Source of the DNA: a virus
Taxonomy: Duplodnaviria; Caudoviricetes
Strand: one strand, 5' to 3'
DNA length: 30,317 bases
IMG/VR virus record: IMGVR_UViG_3300044228_000999
Location: 1 to 30,317 of that record
The translations under genes were made by a program, and so were the position numbers. Below the pieces are notes generated by a model. It had not been told where the DNA came from, ran no database searches, and was given only the letters and a program-made list of their open reading frames with translations. How positions within the stretch are numbered: the stretch's first letter is position 1; every line of letters begins with the position of its first letter. Positions 8,463 to 17,042 of the stretch are shown piece by piece.

Positions 8463-9944
8463 TTATATCAATTTCCAATTTTTTCTTTGAGGAATAAAAT
8501 AATCCTCTTCTTCATATACTGATTCTACTTCGTGAGCAGGTTTATAACAATTTTTATTAGCATAATAAAATCCATCTAATAAGTCATCATGTTTACCTCT
8601 AGGGTATAATGTCAACTCATCTACTAAAGCCTGCATACTTTTTTGTATAAATACTTTCTTATTAGCAAAGATGGGCTGTAAACTTTCCAATCTATAAGAT
8701 TTTCTAGTTCTAGGATTCTCTTTAATTTCTAATCCTGGTATAAACATACCCATCTCTTCTGCTTTTTCTTTAATATATTGACGTAACATCTCCTGATACC
8801 CCACAGATTCTATTCTAGTTTTTGAACTTCTATACTCTTTGAAGTTATTTATTATAGCATCTGCTAAATCTAAAGGAGTCGCCCTCTTTCTGAAATACGG
8901 GAGTACCCAACGATTATTATCACCATCAATAGCAATATTGAATATAACACTATAGTCTGCTCCTTTCTTAGTACTAGATGCGGGATCGACACCAGTAAAC
9001 ACGTTTACAGGTCTAATCTCTTCTACTTCCTCACCATTTATGTTCGTCAGTACGAGATTCGACAATCCCTGTTCATCTCTGTCGATATATCCATCATAGT
9101 AGCTAATATCTTCGGCACGGAATAAATTATCTTCATCTCCTACGATTTGACACAAATATTCTCTATAAAATACCGATAATCTGTTAATACTATCTAGTTC
9201 TTCTTTCTTTTCTTTTAATTTTTCTATTGGCCACACTTCTGGCCATAGTGCTGTACCAGATTCTAAGTCAGGGCTAAACATTAAATTCTTCCAACCTTTC
9301 ATGTCTTTTAATGTCTCCACCATACACCGTTCATGCTGCGGAGTCCCAATGACACAAATTCTACCACGTAGCGGGTCAAGTGATGGAACACCAGATTGCA
9401 GGAGCCAACGTAAATTATATTCCATTGCTTCTGCAGTTTTTGTATTGACTTCGTCTTCTGGATCATCCAGTATAAGTAAAGTTGGTCTTTGATTCCCATG
9501 TTTAATTCCCCTAATTTGCTGTCCTGTACCTTTGCATATAATAATACTTCCATCTTTTAATTCTATTTCTGTATTAGTCCACTTCCTAGCAGAGTTCTGT
9601 CCCCAGTATCCAAAAAAATATCTAAACTCTTGAGAATAATCTAATACATCTTTTATTGTACCTAATAACTTTGTAGCATGCGATTGTGTTCTAGATACCA
9701 ATACAATAACTTTTGTACCTTTATCCATCATTAAATGCCACAAAGGATATACACCAGCCACTATAGAAGACTTAGCATGTCCACGTGGTGCTATAATATT
9801 TATCTGTTTTTCATCTGCACCCAATTCTTTTACTATATCATAATGAAAACCTGGTGAGTTCTCACTAAACATATTAGGCATTACCATTCTTCCGAACAAA
9901 AGCATGTCCTGTTCCATCTCTAATAATATTTTCTTTTTATCCAT
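8463..9944 (-). CDS. terL: Terminase large subunit
   Basis: Walker A APRGHAKS, Walker B LLILDDPE, coupling motif IGTP, nuclease GVDPAS and terminal HDDLLD; ATG 9944 preferred over TTG 9947. Confidence 0.95.
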   Translation of the reverse strand: MDKKKILLEMEQDMLLFGRMVMPNMFSENSPGFHYDIVKELGADEKQINIIAPRGHAKSSIVAGVYPLWHLMMDKGTKVIVLVSRTQSHATKLLGTIKDVLDYSQEFRYFFGYWGQNSARKWTNTEIELKDGSIIICKGTGQQIRGIKHGNQRPTLLILDDPEDEVNTKTAEAMEYNLRWLLQSGVPSLDPLRGRICVIGTPQHERCMVETLKDMKGWKNLMFSPDLESGTALWPEVWPIEKLKEKKEELDSINRLSVFYREYLCQIVGDEDNLFRAEDISYYDGYIDRDEQGLSNLVLTNINGEEVEEIRPVNVFTGVDPASSTKKGADYSVIFNIAIDGDNNRWVLPYFRKRATPLDLADAIINNFKEYRSSKTRIESVGYQEMLRQYIKEKAEEMGMFIPGLEIKENPRTRKSYRLESLQPIFANKKVFIQKSMQALVDELTLYPRGKHDDLLDGFYYANKNCYKPAHEVESVYEEEDYFIPQRKNWKLI

Positions 9945-10054
9945 CAATCTTTTATAACTACAGTAAGTTTAAAATCTTCTGCTACTTCTTTAAGTACAGC
10001 AAGGAACAGTATCATATCATCTTTCTTACCTTCTAATTTAATCGTTTTCTTCAT
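9944..10054 (-). CDS. Hypothetical 36-aa protein
   Basis: MKKTIKLEGKKDDMILFLAVLKEVAEDFKLTVVIKD fills the gap; TGATG-coupled to terL. Confidence 0.5.
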   Translation of the reverse strand: MKKTIKLEGKKDDMILFLAVLKEVAEDFKLTVVIKD

Positions 10055-10805
10055 CTAACATTCTCGTTTGAGTTGCTTTTAACTTTTTAGTCTGTTTATC
10101 ATATGTATCAGCTATTTGATGTGACATATCCATCTCTATAGATTCTGTAACCTGTTTATTCTTAGGTTGCATATCTAAAAATACAGATAATTCTTTAGCT
10201 GCACGTATCATATTAGCTGGATCTTCTTTTACTTTAGCTACATCTACTGCATCTTTCATAACATCTAATACATATCCTTCATCTATATCTTTTTCTACTA
10301 GTATTTCTTTTAGCTTATCTGCCATAATTTTTTTAACCTCTTTAGTTTTTAGTAGTTTTCTTACAGCAACCTGTGGATTTTTTTGATCAGGCCTGTATAT
10401 TCTACCTATTTTATCCATATCTGGTGTTTCACCTGCCATTTTATAGGCTAAAAATGCATCTATTGCTAATTCAGCCCTACCTCTACCTGCTTCTAGCTCT
10501 GCATAGCTCTTTGTAGACACATTACTATAGTTTTTACTATGATAATGAGGCTCAAACTCTAACTTAGCAGTTTTTTTAACCCATTGCCTACCATATGGAA
10601 ACACCATTTCAACGTTTGTACCATAAATGTTACGCTGTAGACACTCAGCCACATAACCATCGTCACTAATTCCCCAATCACCAGGGTTACACTTGTTCCA
10701 ATGTTTGTATTTCTTACCAATCTTTTGAAATTCTTCTTTGGTATATACTTCATAATCAGTGGATTCAAAGTTATTTACTTTCAGTCTTCTTGTTATCTTT
10801 ATCAT
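10038..10805 (-). CDS. Putative terminase small subunit with N-terminal extension
   Basis: Upstream of terL; C-terminal helical pattern IDEGYVLDVMKDAVDVAK...NMIRAAKELSVFLDM. Confidence 0.55.
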   Translation of the reverse strand: MIKITRRLKVNNFESTDYEVYTKEEFQKIGKKYKHWNKCNPGDWGISDDGYVAECLQRNIYGTNVEMVFPYGRQWVKKTAKLEFEPHYHSKNYSNVSTKSYAELEAGRGRAELAIDAFLAYKMAGETPDMDKIGRIYRPDQKNPQVAVRKLLKTKEVKKIMADKLKEILVEKDIDEGYVLDVMKDAVDVAKVKEDPANMIRAAKELSVFLDMQPKNKQVTESIEMDMSHQIADTYDKQTKKLKATQTRMLDEEND

Positions 10806-10992
10806 CTAATGGATATTTTTTTTCTAAAAATTTTACAAAGTCTTCTTTGTCACCTTTCATGTCCATATATTCATCTAGGGCCTTATCGCCGTTGTAAACT
10901 TGCATTTTTAACTGCTCTAACTGTATTGCTACACCAGTTAACATGCCCATCAGTTCTTTTGTTGTAGGTTTCTTTTTTTTCTTTGGTATCAT
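10771..10992 (-). CDS. Hypothetical protein
   Basis: 73 aa, same strand as packaging operon, overlaps next gene. Confidence 0.6.
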   Translation of the reverse strand: MIPKKKKKPTTKELMGMLTGVAIQLEQLKMQVYNGDKALDEYMDMKGDKEDFVKFLEKKYPLDDKDNKKTESK

Positions 10993-10999
10993 TTTTTAC

Positions 11000-11028
11000 T
11001 TGACATCCTTATTTTTTCTTAGTATACT
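11000..11028 (+). promoter_or_regulatory. Near-consensus sigma70 promoter
   Basis: TTGACA-17bp-TATACT. Confidence 0.7.
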
Positions 11029-11073
11029 ATAAGTAATACTTAACACATGTGTTAGTATACTTTAAGTATTACT
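11020..11073. repeat. Nested palindromes and inverted repeat
   Basis: AGTAATACTTAA (11032-43)/TTAAGTATTACT (11062-73); TAACACATGTGTTA (11041-54); TAGTATACTA (11020-29); AGTATACT (11054-61). Confidence 0.8.
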
Positions 11074-11311
11074 AGTTCATTTCCCTAAGAACACAAACAT
11101 TCATTTCTAAAGCCTCATACACAAAATCAATCTCAGCTTGTGCATAATGCATACTCTTTACATGTATATGCTCTTCGTTCCCAGGCTCAAAATCAAATTC
11201 GATCCATTCATCTGTTTTTCTATCTAATTTCTGGAGTTTTCCAGACATTACCATATCGAACAACATTTTCTTTGGAATCTTCATAAATACAATATAAGGC
11301 CCATTTTTCAA
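11072..11311 (-). CDS. Hypothetical protein
   Basis: ORF at head of the minus-strand block; start uncertain (ATG 11284 alternative). Confidence 0.55.
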   Translation of the reverse strand: MKNGPYIVFMKIPKKMLFDMVMSGKLQKLDRKTDEWIEFDFEPGNEEHIHVKSMHYAQAEIDFVYEALEMNVCVLREMN

Positions 11312-11437
11312 AAATGCAACTAGAATTCGTGTACGTGGTATATATAGAAACTACCTCCGCCGATGTTTTAGCATTGTTTTATAATTTGGTTGAATAATGC
11401 TAAAATAATAACAAACCAAATGAATAGTGAGTATACT

Positions 11438-11740
11438 ATGAAAATGAGATTACTTGATGTAAATGGTAAGAAGATAAGTTCTGAAGATAAACGAACTCAA
11501 GTTAAAAGAGTTTTGATATCTTATGTTGCAGATAACTTTACTGATTTATATAGTGCAACCGATGTAGTAGAGAGAATAGAGACTAAAGGATATAATATGT
11601 CTTTGTTTGCTAATGGTTCTAAGTTAGGTAAGTTATTTACTTATGCAGTTAATGGTAACTCTGAAGATACTACCCAGAGAATATATCTTGATGTATTAAG
11701 TGAGAAAGTTGATACTGATATTGACTTCCCAAGTGCTTAA
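11438..11740 (+). CDS. Hypothetical protein, first gene of plus-strand block
   Basis: Frame open from 11390; ATG 11438 or 11420 likely; followed by a terminator. Confidence 0.65.
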   Translation: MKMRLLDVNGKKISSEDKRTQVKRVLISYVADNFTDLYSATDVVERIETKGYNMSLFANGSKLGKLFTYAVNGNSEDTTQRIYLDVLSEKVDTDIDFPSA

Positions 11741-11745
11741 CTCTG

Positions 11746-11782
11746 ATAGGGCAGATATGTATGTATTTGCCCTATTTATATT
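11746..11782 (+). terminator. Intrinsic terminator-like hairpin
   Basis: ATAGGGCAGATA-6nt-TATTTGCCCTAT followed by TTATATT. Confidence 0.6.
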
Positions 11783-11829
11783 AGATACCCTACAATAAGG
11801 CAATAGAACGAATAGAAAGGAAAGCCACT

Positions 11830-12018
11830 ATGAATAAGAATATAAATAACCGTATCTATCTAGAAAGTCTAATCTATAATAGATTGTCTTGCTATGGTAG
11901 AGCAGAAATACCTAACGATACAGTTAGTAAGATTAATAAGGTTCCATTCAATATATTGGAACGAATATCAACATTAAACGCTATAAATATGTATAGGTTT
12001 ATAAACAGAATGAGGTAA
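11830..12018 (+). CDS. Hypothetical protein
   Basis: 62 aa, AAGGA RBS. Confidence 0.6.
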   Translation: MNKNINNRIYLESLIYNRLSCYGRAEIPNDTVSKINKVPFNILERISTLNAINMYRFINRMR

Positions 12019-12020
12019 CT

Positions 12021-12242
12021 ATGAGTAATTTAATAATGATGATTGTATTGGTAACATTACTTATTGTAAGTATAGGTATGTTAGCAATGTTAATTATAAA
12101 ACTGAAGTTTGATATACAAAGAATGTATGATAAGTATCAGTGGGAAAGAGTGAAAAGACTAGACGAGAGGAGGCAACATGAACTAGTCAGGCCATACACA
12201 ACTCGAACAGAGTACTATGAAGACGAAACAATCGAAGGCTAA
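12021..12242 (+). CDS. Hypothetical membrane protein
   Basis: Hydrophobic N-terminal helix; GAGGT RBS. Confidence 0.65.
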   Translation: MSNLIMMIVLVTLLIVSIGMLAMLIIKLKFDIQRMYDKYQWERVKRLDERRQHELVRPYTTRTEYYEDETIEG

Positions 12243-12363
12243 GCCTCAATATAATAAAAGATCAGTTAGTAAAAAACGAATACGTAAACTTGTTAATATG
12301 CAGAAAGCAAAGGCCGATAGAGCCGCTGACAAGTTTATGGATTGGTTAGAGAGCTGGAGATAG
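12217..12363 (+). CDS. Hypothetical basic 48-aa protein
   Basis: Manual translation MKTKQSKAKPQYNKRSVSKKRIRKLVNMQKAKADRAADKFMDWLESWR. Confidence 0.5.
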   Translation: MKTKQSKAKPQYNKRSVSKKRIRKLVNMQKAKADRAADKFMDWLESWR

Positions 12364-12377
12364 TTTCGGTGGCTGAT

Positions 12378-12793
12378 AGTGCGGTGAACATTTTGTAGTA
12401 GCCGCACTTGCCTTAACAAAAGAAAGGAGTAATCCTATGTTTTAGCGTAAAGGGTTAGCAACAAAGACATCTGACATGCAAGATGCAGATGTAAGTGTTG
12501 TGAGTCCCTGGGCTTGTCAGTTTGTATGTTGATAAGGATTATTGATAGCCGTATCAATATGATTTATTTGGCCAACATGTGAACAATCAATAAGAAAATA
12601 ACTATGTGACGATATAGCGAAGATATTATTGAGACTGTAAGTCCCTTGTCAGTGACAAAAATTTAGATAGACATAAACAATAGAGGCAACCTCTCAACGT
12701 TGTACAGTTTTATGATGCAGTTCACTGCAACAATTGTAAAACATTGGCATAGTAATAGAACCTGCAGGGAAATACTATGTATTGTCTATCTAA
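12378..12793 (+). ncRNA. Candidate structured non-coding RNA(s)
   Basis: About 450 nt without a long ORF, containing eight or more stems incl. an 11-bp long-range pair 12663-73/12783-93; strand assumed from context. Confidence 0.45.
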
Positions 12794-12813
12794 TAATTTA
12801 GAAAGGAGTAGAT

Positions 12814-13203
12814 ATGAAACCAAATATCACAGAAGTTTTGTATTCTCAAGATATGTTAGAAAGATATGAACATCGTATCAAGATGAAAGATATATTCAAT
12901 ATGGATTTAGATTTTACAATAGATATAGATCAAATTATTCGTGTTGAACAGATGTGGGAACGATATCATAACAATACTAACTGGTGTTATTTTGGAATAC
13001 CAAAAACTGATGAAGAACTAGTAGAAGATGGAATGTATGGTAGGCCACCACATAAATATAAAATCTTTGGTCCAATGTTCAAAATAGATATAGATTTATT
13101 TAGAAAAGCATTGTATTATGAAAGAAACAATATATCATATGAATTTTATCTTGAATTTGCAATAAAATATATTCATGTAAGACTTAGGAGGTTGAATGGA
13201 TGA
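12814..13203 (+). CDS. Hypothetical protein
   Basis: 129 aa, AAGGAG RBS. Confidence 0.7.
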   Translation: MKPNITEVLYSQDMLERYEHRIKMKDIFNMDLDFTIDIDQIIRVEQMWERYHNNTNWCYFGIPKTDEELVEDGMYGRPPHKYKIFGPMFKIDIDLFRKALYYERNNISYEFYLEFAIKYIHVRLRRLNG

Positions 13204-13375
13204 AGTAATACAGCCAAGAAATAAAGCCCTTTCAAAAGTGGAAAGAGAAAAAGGTAGACTCAAGTTCTGGAAAAGATATGGAGCTTGGTATGCTTTTAAC
13301 TACAAAAGAAATGGTACAAAATCTTGGATAGATAAATTTGATAGACAAAACAATCAAGACAAACAAGGATGGTAA
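13196..13375 (+). CDS. Hypothetical 59-aa protein
   Basis: AGGAGG RBS; MDEVIQPRNKALSKVEREKGRLKFWKRYGAWYAFNY... Confidence 0.6.
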   Translation: MDEVIQPRNKALSKVEREKGRLKFWKRYGAWYAFNYKRNGTKSWIDKFDRQNNQDKQGW

Positions 13376-13518
13376 ATATGTATTATGATGTAGATCTAGA
13401 CGTGTTATATTTTGCATGTCTAACAGTAACAGAAATAATATTCTTTGCTGTATGTATTTGTTGTATTTATGAATCAATTAAATATGTTAGAAGGTTGGTG
13501 CGTAATGGAAACAAATAA
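13369..13518 (+). CDS. Hypothetical small membrane protein
   Basis: MVNMYYDVDLDVLYFACLTVTEIIFFAVCICCIYESIKYVRRLVRNGNK; overlaps both neighbours. Confidence 0.45.
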   Translation: MVNMYYDVDLDVLYFACLTVTEIIFFAVCICCIYESIKYVRRLVRNGNK

Positions 13519-13918
13519 CAAAGAAATACTCAGAAGGTTCAAAGAAGAAATGACATGGGCTGGTGAACAACTAGTTTCATGTAAAGACTTAGAATCATTT
13601 GAGTTAAAGAATGCAATAGTAGACAAGAGTGTATTTATTGCAGATAAAAGATTGGTAGATGGTGCAGAAAGTTATGAGCATCAAGTACCAGTAACTCTAG
13701 AAGAATGTAAAAGTATTAATAGAAACAATCTTCAAGAGTCAATAGAAGAAGTAATAGATGGTTTGATATATGTAATAGCTGAGACTATTTTACAGACTCA
13801 AATTACAGATGAGATAACATCTAGTTACTTAAATAAAGCTAAGGCATATCAGTTTTACAGCTTGTATTTCCTAATGGTAGCTGATATGCACGATCAAAAA
13901 GGAAAAGAAAATGAGTGA
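13505..13918 (+). CDS. Putative MazG-like all-alpha NTP pyrophosphohydrolase
   Basis: KRLVDGAESY...RNNLQESIEEVIDGLIY matches the R-x3-G-x3-Y...E-x2-EE-x2-D pattern; ATG 13505 preferred. Confidence 0.5.
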   Translation: METNNKEILRRFKEEMTWAGEQLVSCKDLESFELKNAIVDKSVFIADKRLVDGAESYEHQVPVTLEECKSINRNNLQESIEEVIDGLIYVIAETILQTQITDEITSSYLNKAKAYQFYSLYFLMVADMHDQKGKENE

Positions 13919-14228
13919 TGAAACACAAGAAGTCCAGATATCTGGCATTCGTTATAAGGTTAATTCAACAGAGTGGGTAGTAGACTCTTCAGACGCAGCA
14001 CAGGGTTTGAGTAGTGTACGTGATTTAGTAGAATATCTACAAACAGTTGATCCAGCTTCTTACAGTGGTATTGATACTGAGAATCCGCAAGGTAGTATCA
14101 GAGTCAATATGCAAAGAGCAAACTTGAGAACATCGTTAACACCGATGCATCCATCAGCACCAGAAGGTGAAAGATGGGCGTTTGTTGCTTTCAATACTGA
14201 AAGAAAGAAAGGTGGAAACCTTAATTAA
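13911..14228 (+). CDS. Ubiquitin-like (beta-grasp) modifier precursor
   Basis: 105 aa; SVRDLVEYL helix, IRVN strand, terminal strand FVAF then ERKKGG-NLN; immediately upstream of E2/JAB/E1 genes. Confidence 0.7.
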   Translation: MSDETQEVQISGIRYKVNSTEWVVDSSDAAQGLSSVRDLVEYLQTVDPASYSGIDTENPQGSIRVNMQRANLRTSLTPMHPSAPEGERWAFVAFNTERKKGGNLN

Positions 14229-14235
14229 TAATAAC

Positions 14236-14266
14236 GAGGGGTGGTTTTGGTTATAGGCTGCCCCTC
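14236..14266 (+). terminator. GC-rich hairpin between Ubl and E2 genes (no U-tract)
   Basis: GAGGGGTGGTT...GGCTGCCCCTC stem with G-U pairs on plus strand. Confidence 0.55.
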
Positions 14267-14283
14267 ACAACTTAGGAGAGTTT

Positions 14284-16161
14284 ATGTGGATTAAAGAAAG
14301 TTGGGATGATGTTGAGATAAATCTTGACAACATTTCACAGGAAATGATAGTAGGACCTTCTAATATGGTAGCACAAAGATTATCACATATTAATGATAGA
14401 TATCTTACAGCTAGATATATAGGAGGTAATAGGTCTATGGTAGAACCTATAAAGCCTCTTAGTTTTACAAGAACTTATAGGTGGTCACCAGGATACAAAG
14501 ATACTATTAAGAAAGTTCTGTGGGACAACTTGTATCAGTTTGGTAAGAAAACTGGTTCATTAGAAACAATGTTCAACAGAGAACGTAATGCTCAATACAA
14601 TAGTAATCACTTCAAAGATCAATTACTTGAAGTAGATCAGTTATTGAAAGAGCTAAGAAGTAGAAAAGCTACAACAGATACTGATGTTGAAACAGCAAAA
14701 GGTATTGTTGCAGATATGTTAAGTAGAATGCAAGAAAAGATGGATGAAGCAGATCTTATATTTGGATTAGATGAAAATATTCAACATGAGTTTGTATTCA
14801 GATATTACAGAAATGAAAGCATGGAAGATGAACCTACTGAAGAACAAGTACAATTACTTAGATTCTTGACTGGTGAACTTGAACTAAACTTAACATACAA
14901 AAATGTAAAGATACCTATTGTTCATAGTCAGTTGAATAAAACATATGGTACATTGGAATATTGTCATGATGTATCTTTGACATTTAGTATGCCATTTTAC
15001 ATTGTATTTCAGTCTTTATTTACAAGAGATTTTGATACATTGAATGGTAATGATGTATATGGTGAAAGATACAGAATACAAAGAACGATTGATAATCATT
15101 TAGTTGGAGCAGGTTTATCTACAAACAGAAGTAGTTTTAGATACACTGACAGTTCATTCTTGGGATGGGGTGGTTGTAAAGAAATGAATGGTTACAGATC
15201 ATTTCCATATATCAGTTCATCTAATAGAGATATAGAAGATATAGATAGAATGCATCATGTATGCTATGGTAACATGCAAAATGATGTTCAAGATTCATTT
15301 GTTAGATTGGATTTTGTAAGTCTAGCAGATAATATATCTCATTGGATGAGTTATGATTTACACGATACTAATCCATTGAATCAACTTACATATTCATTCG
15401 TTACAATACCAGCAGATAAATTTGATGCTGACATCGTAGAAGACTATGGTGGATTTAATTTTGAATATATGCATGATAAATTGATTGGTGATTGTTTACC
15501 TGTAAATATGGAGTTATTCAAAGAACTATCATATCATACTGGTGATTCTTGGATGCCAAGAAATTCTGATTTACAATACGCTTTATTTGCTTATGGTAAT
15601 ATATCTAAACAAGATGTTACGATTCATGAACAGAAAGCAGTATTTGGATGGGATTGTATGCATGAAAAATATGTTCCAAATCAAATACAAGTAACTGAAG
15701 CACTAAAATACATGCATGATGAACTAGGTATGATAGATACAGATAAATTAGAACTTGAAGAAGGTACACTTCATTACAAGATTAATTTACCTTTACTAAA
15801 TAGATACTATGAGTTTTTGTATAGTGTGTTGTCAGCAGTTGACTTTATGCTTGAAGAAGATAAATGTTTGTCAAGAACTTACGGTTATAGTGTTGCTATG
15901 AAACGTGTTATAGCTTACATAGAAGACGGTATGCCTAAACTTGGTAAAGATAGTGTTCAAGTATTAGAAGAACAACTTCAAGAAAAGTTAGTAAATCCTT
16001 TACAAACAGTAGAGGTAAATCCTAATGCAGACTTACCATTTGGAGCAGTAGAAATAACAGATCCTGATCCAGATGATGAAGATCTGACAGAAAATGCACA
16101 CTTAAGTGTAGAAGAAATACAACATAGAATGGATCAACAAATGATGGAGGACGTGACATGA
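14284..16161 (+). CDS. Large protein with putative E2 (UBC-like) domain
   Basis: FPYI...HVCYGN (C327)...helix...DTNPLN parallels HPNI...ICL...DPLN of E2 enzymes; operon context. Confidence 0.65.
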   Translation: MWIKESWDDVEINLDNISQEMIVGPSNMVAQRLSHINDRYLTARYIGGNRSMVEPIKPLSFTRTYRWSPGYKDTIKKVLWDNLYQFGKKTGSLETMFNRERNAQYNSNHFKDQLLEVDQLLKELRSRKATTDTDVETAKGIVADMLSRMQEKMDEADLIFGLDENIQHEFVFRYYRNESMEDEPTEEQVQLLRFLTGELELNLTYKNVKIPIVHSQLNKTYGTLEYCHDVSLTFSMPFYIVFQSLFTRDFDTLNGNDVYGERYRIQRTIDNHLVGAGLSTNRSSFRYTDSSFLGWGGCKEMNGYRSFPYISSSNRDIEDIDRMHHVCYGNMQNDVQDSFVRLDFVSLADNISHWMSYDLHDTNPLNQLTYSFVTIPADKFDADIVEDYGGFNFEYMHDKLIGDCLPVNMELFKELSYHTGDSWMPRNSDLQYALFAYGNISKQDVTIHEQKAVFGWDCMHEKYVPNQIQVTEALKYMHDELGMIDTDKLELEEGTLHYKINLPLLNRYYEFLYSVLSAVDFMLEEDKCLSRTYGYSVAMKRVIAYIEDGMPKLGKDSVQVLEEQLQEKLVNPLQTVEVNPNADLPFGAVEITDPDPDDEDLTENAHLSVEEIQHRMDQQMMEDVT

Positions 16162-17042
16162 GTAAATTCATAATGAGTAATGATGATTGGAATACACTTC
16201 AACATTACGCACAATATGCATGGGATGAACATCAAGCAGAGATTGGTGGTTACATGATAGTTAAATATGTAAACGATCAGTTTGTGTTTAGTGAACCTTG
16301 TATACTAGAACAAGAAATCACTGGTGGTAATACTGATATAACTCAAGATGCACTTGCTGAATACTATATGAAACAAGAGATAGCAAATGTATCAGAACCA
16401 TATTGGTTATGCTGGTGGCATAGTCATCATACTATGGGAGTGTTCTGGTCAAGTACAGATCATGCAGCAATAGAACAATCTAAATGTAATGGCTATGCTT
16501 TTGCATTAGTAATTAACTTAAAAGGTGAACAAATCTTGAGAGTTAGTGATTGGAAAACTGGTATACATACTGACACGGAAGTACAAATACAAAGTGTTAA
16601 GAATGAAATACCAGATACAATCAAGAAAGAAGTAGAGAAGTTATGTACTAAACCTAAGTTTGAAATAAAGAAGTACAAAACTCCTACAATACGCAAAGGA
16701 TATAATCCTTATCAACATACTTATGCTCAGATAGGTATGTGGGAAGATCAACAAGATAATGAGAAAATACAACTTGAAGCTGATTTAGATAACATACTTC
16801 AAGACTACGTAATGGATAATGATTACGATAGTTGTAGAAAGAAAGTTGGAAACCTAAATAGAAAATTAGGAAGAGAGAAAAGTGAGTTGCGAGTTGTAAA
16901 CTTAAATCAAGAAAACCTTGACTTAGTAATCAATGTTGCATTAGCAGAAGATTACATATATGTTAAGGGAACAGAACATGACACTGACGGTATGGTAGCA
17001 CAAGCTATTGCTGACAGTGCATTCGAAAGGAGTTTCAAATGA
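16158..17042 (+). CDS. JAB/JAMM (MPN+) metallopeptidase
   Basis: E28 (AEIGG) and intact H88-S-H90-x7-S98-x2-D101; ATGA-coupled. Confidence 0.92.
   Translation: MSKFIMSNDDWNTLQHYAQYAWDEHQAEIGGYMIVKYVNDQFVFSEPCILEQEITGGNTDITQDALAEYYMKQEIANVSEPYWLCWWHSHHTMGVFWSSTDHAAIEQSKCNGYAFALVINLKGEQILRVSDWKTGIHTDTEVQIQSVKNEIPDTIKKEVEKLCTKPKFEIKKYKTPTIRKGYNPYQHTYAQIGMWEDQQDNEKIQLEADLDNILQDYVMDNDYDSCRKKVGNLNRKLGREKSELRVVNLNQENLDLVINVALAEDYIYVKGTEHDTDGMVAQAIADSAFERSFK

Noticed and set aside
623-10967. Plus-strand ORFs within the structural block (623, 846, 1064, 2026, 3968, 5787, 9301, 10701) and nested minus ORFs 9308-9553 and 10559-10768
   Set aside because: They overlap well-supported genes and show no RBS or recognisable motifs
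12167-12445. TAG stop-codon reassignment suggested by two RBS-ATG-x-TAG minigenes
   Set aside because: All long genes are intact in the standard code, TAG ends several real genes (e.g. 1772, 18422, 19453), and no suppressor tRNA is seen
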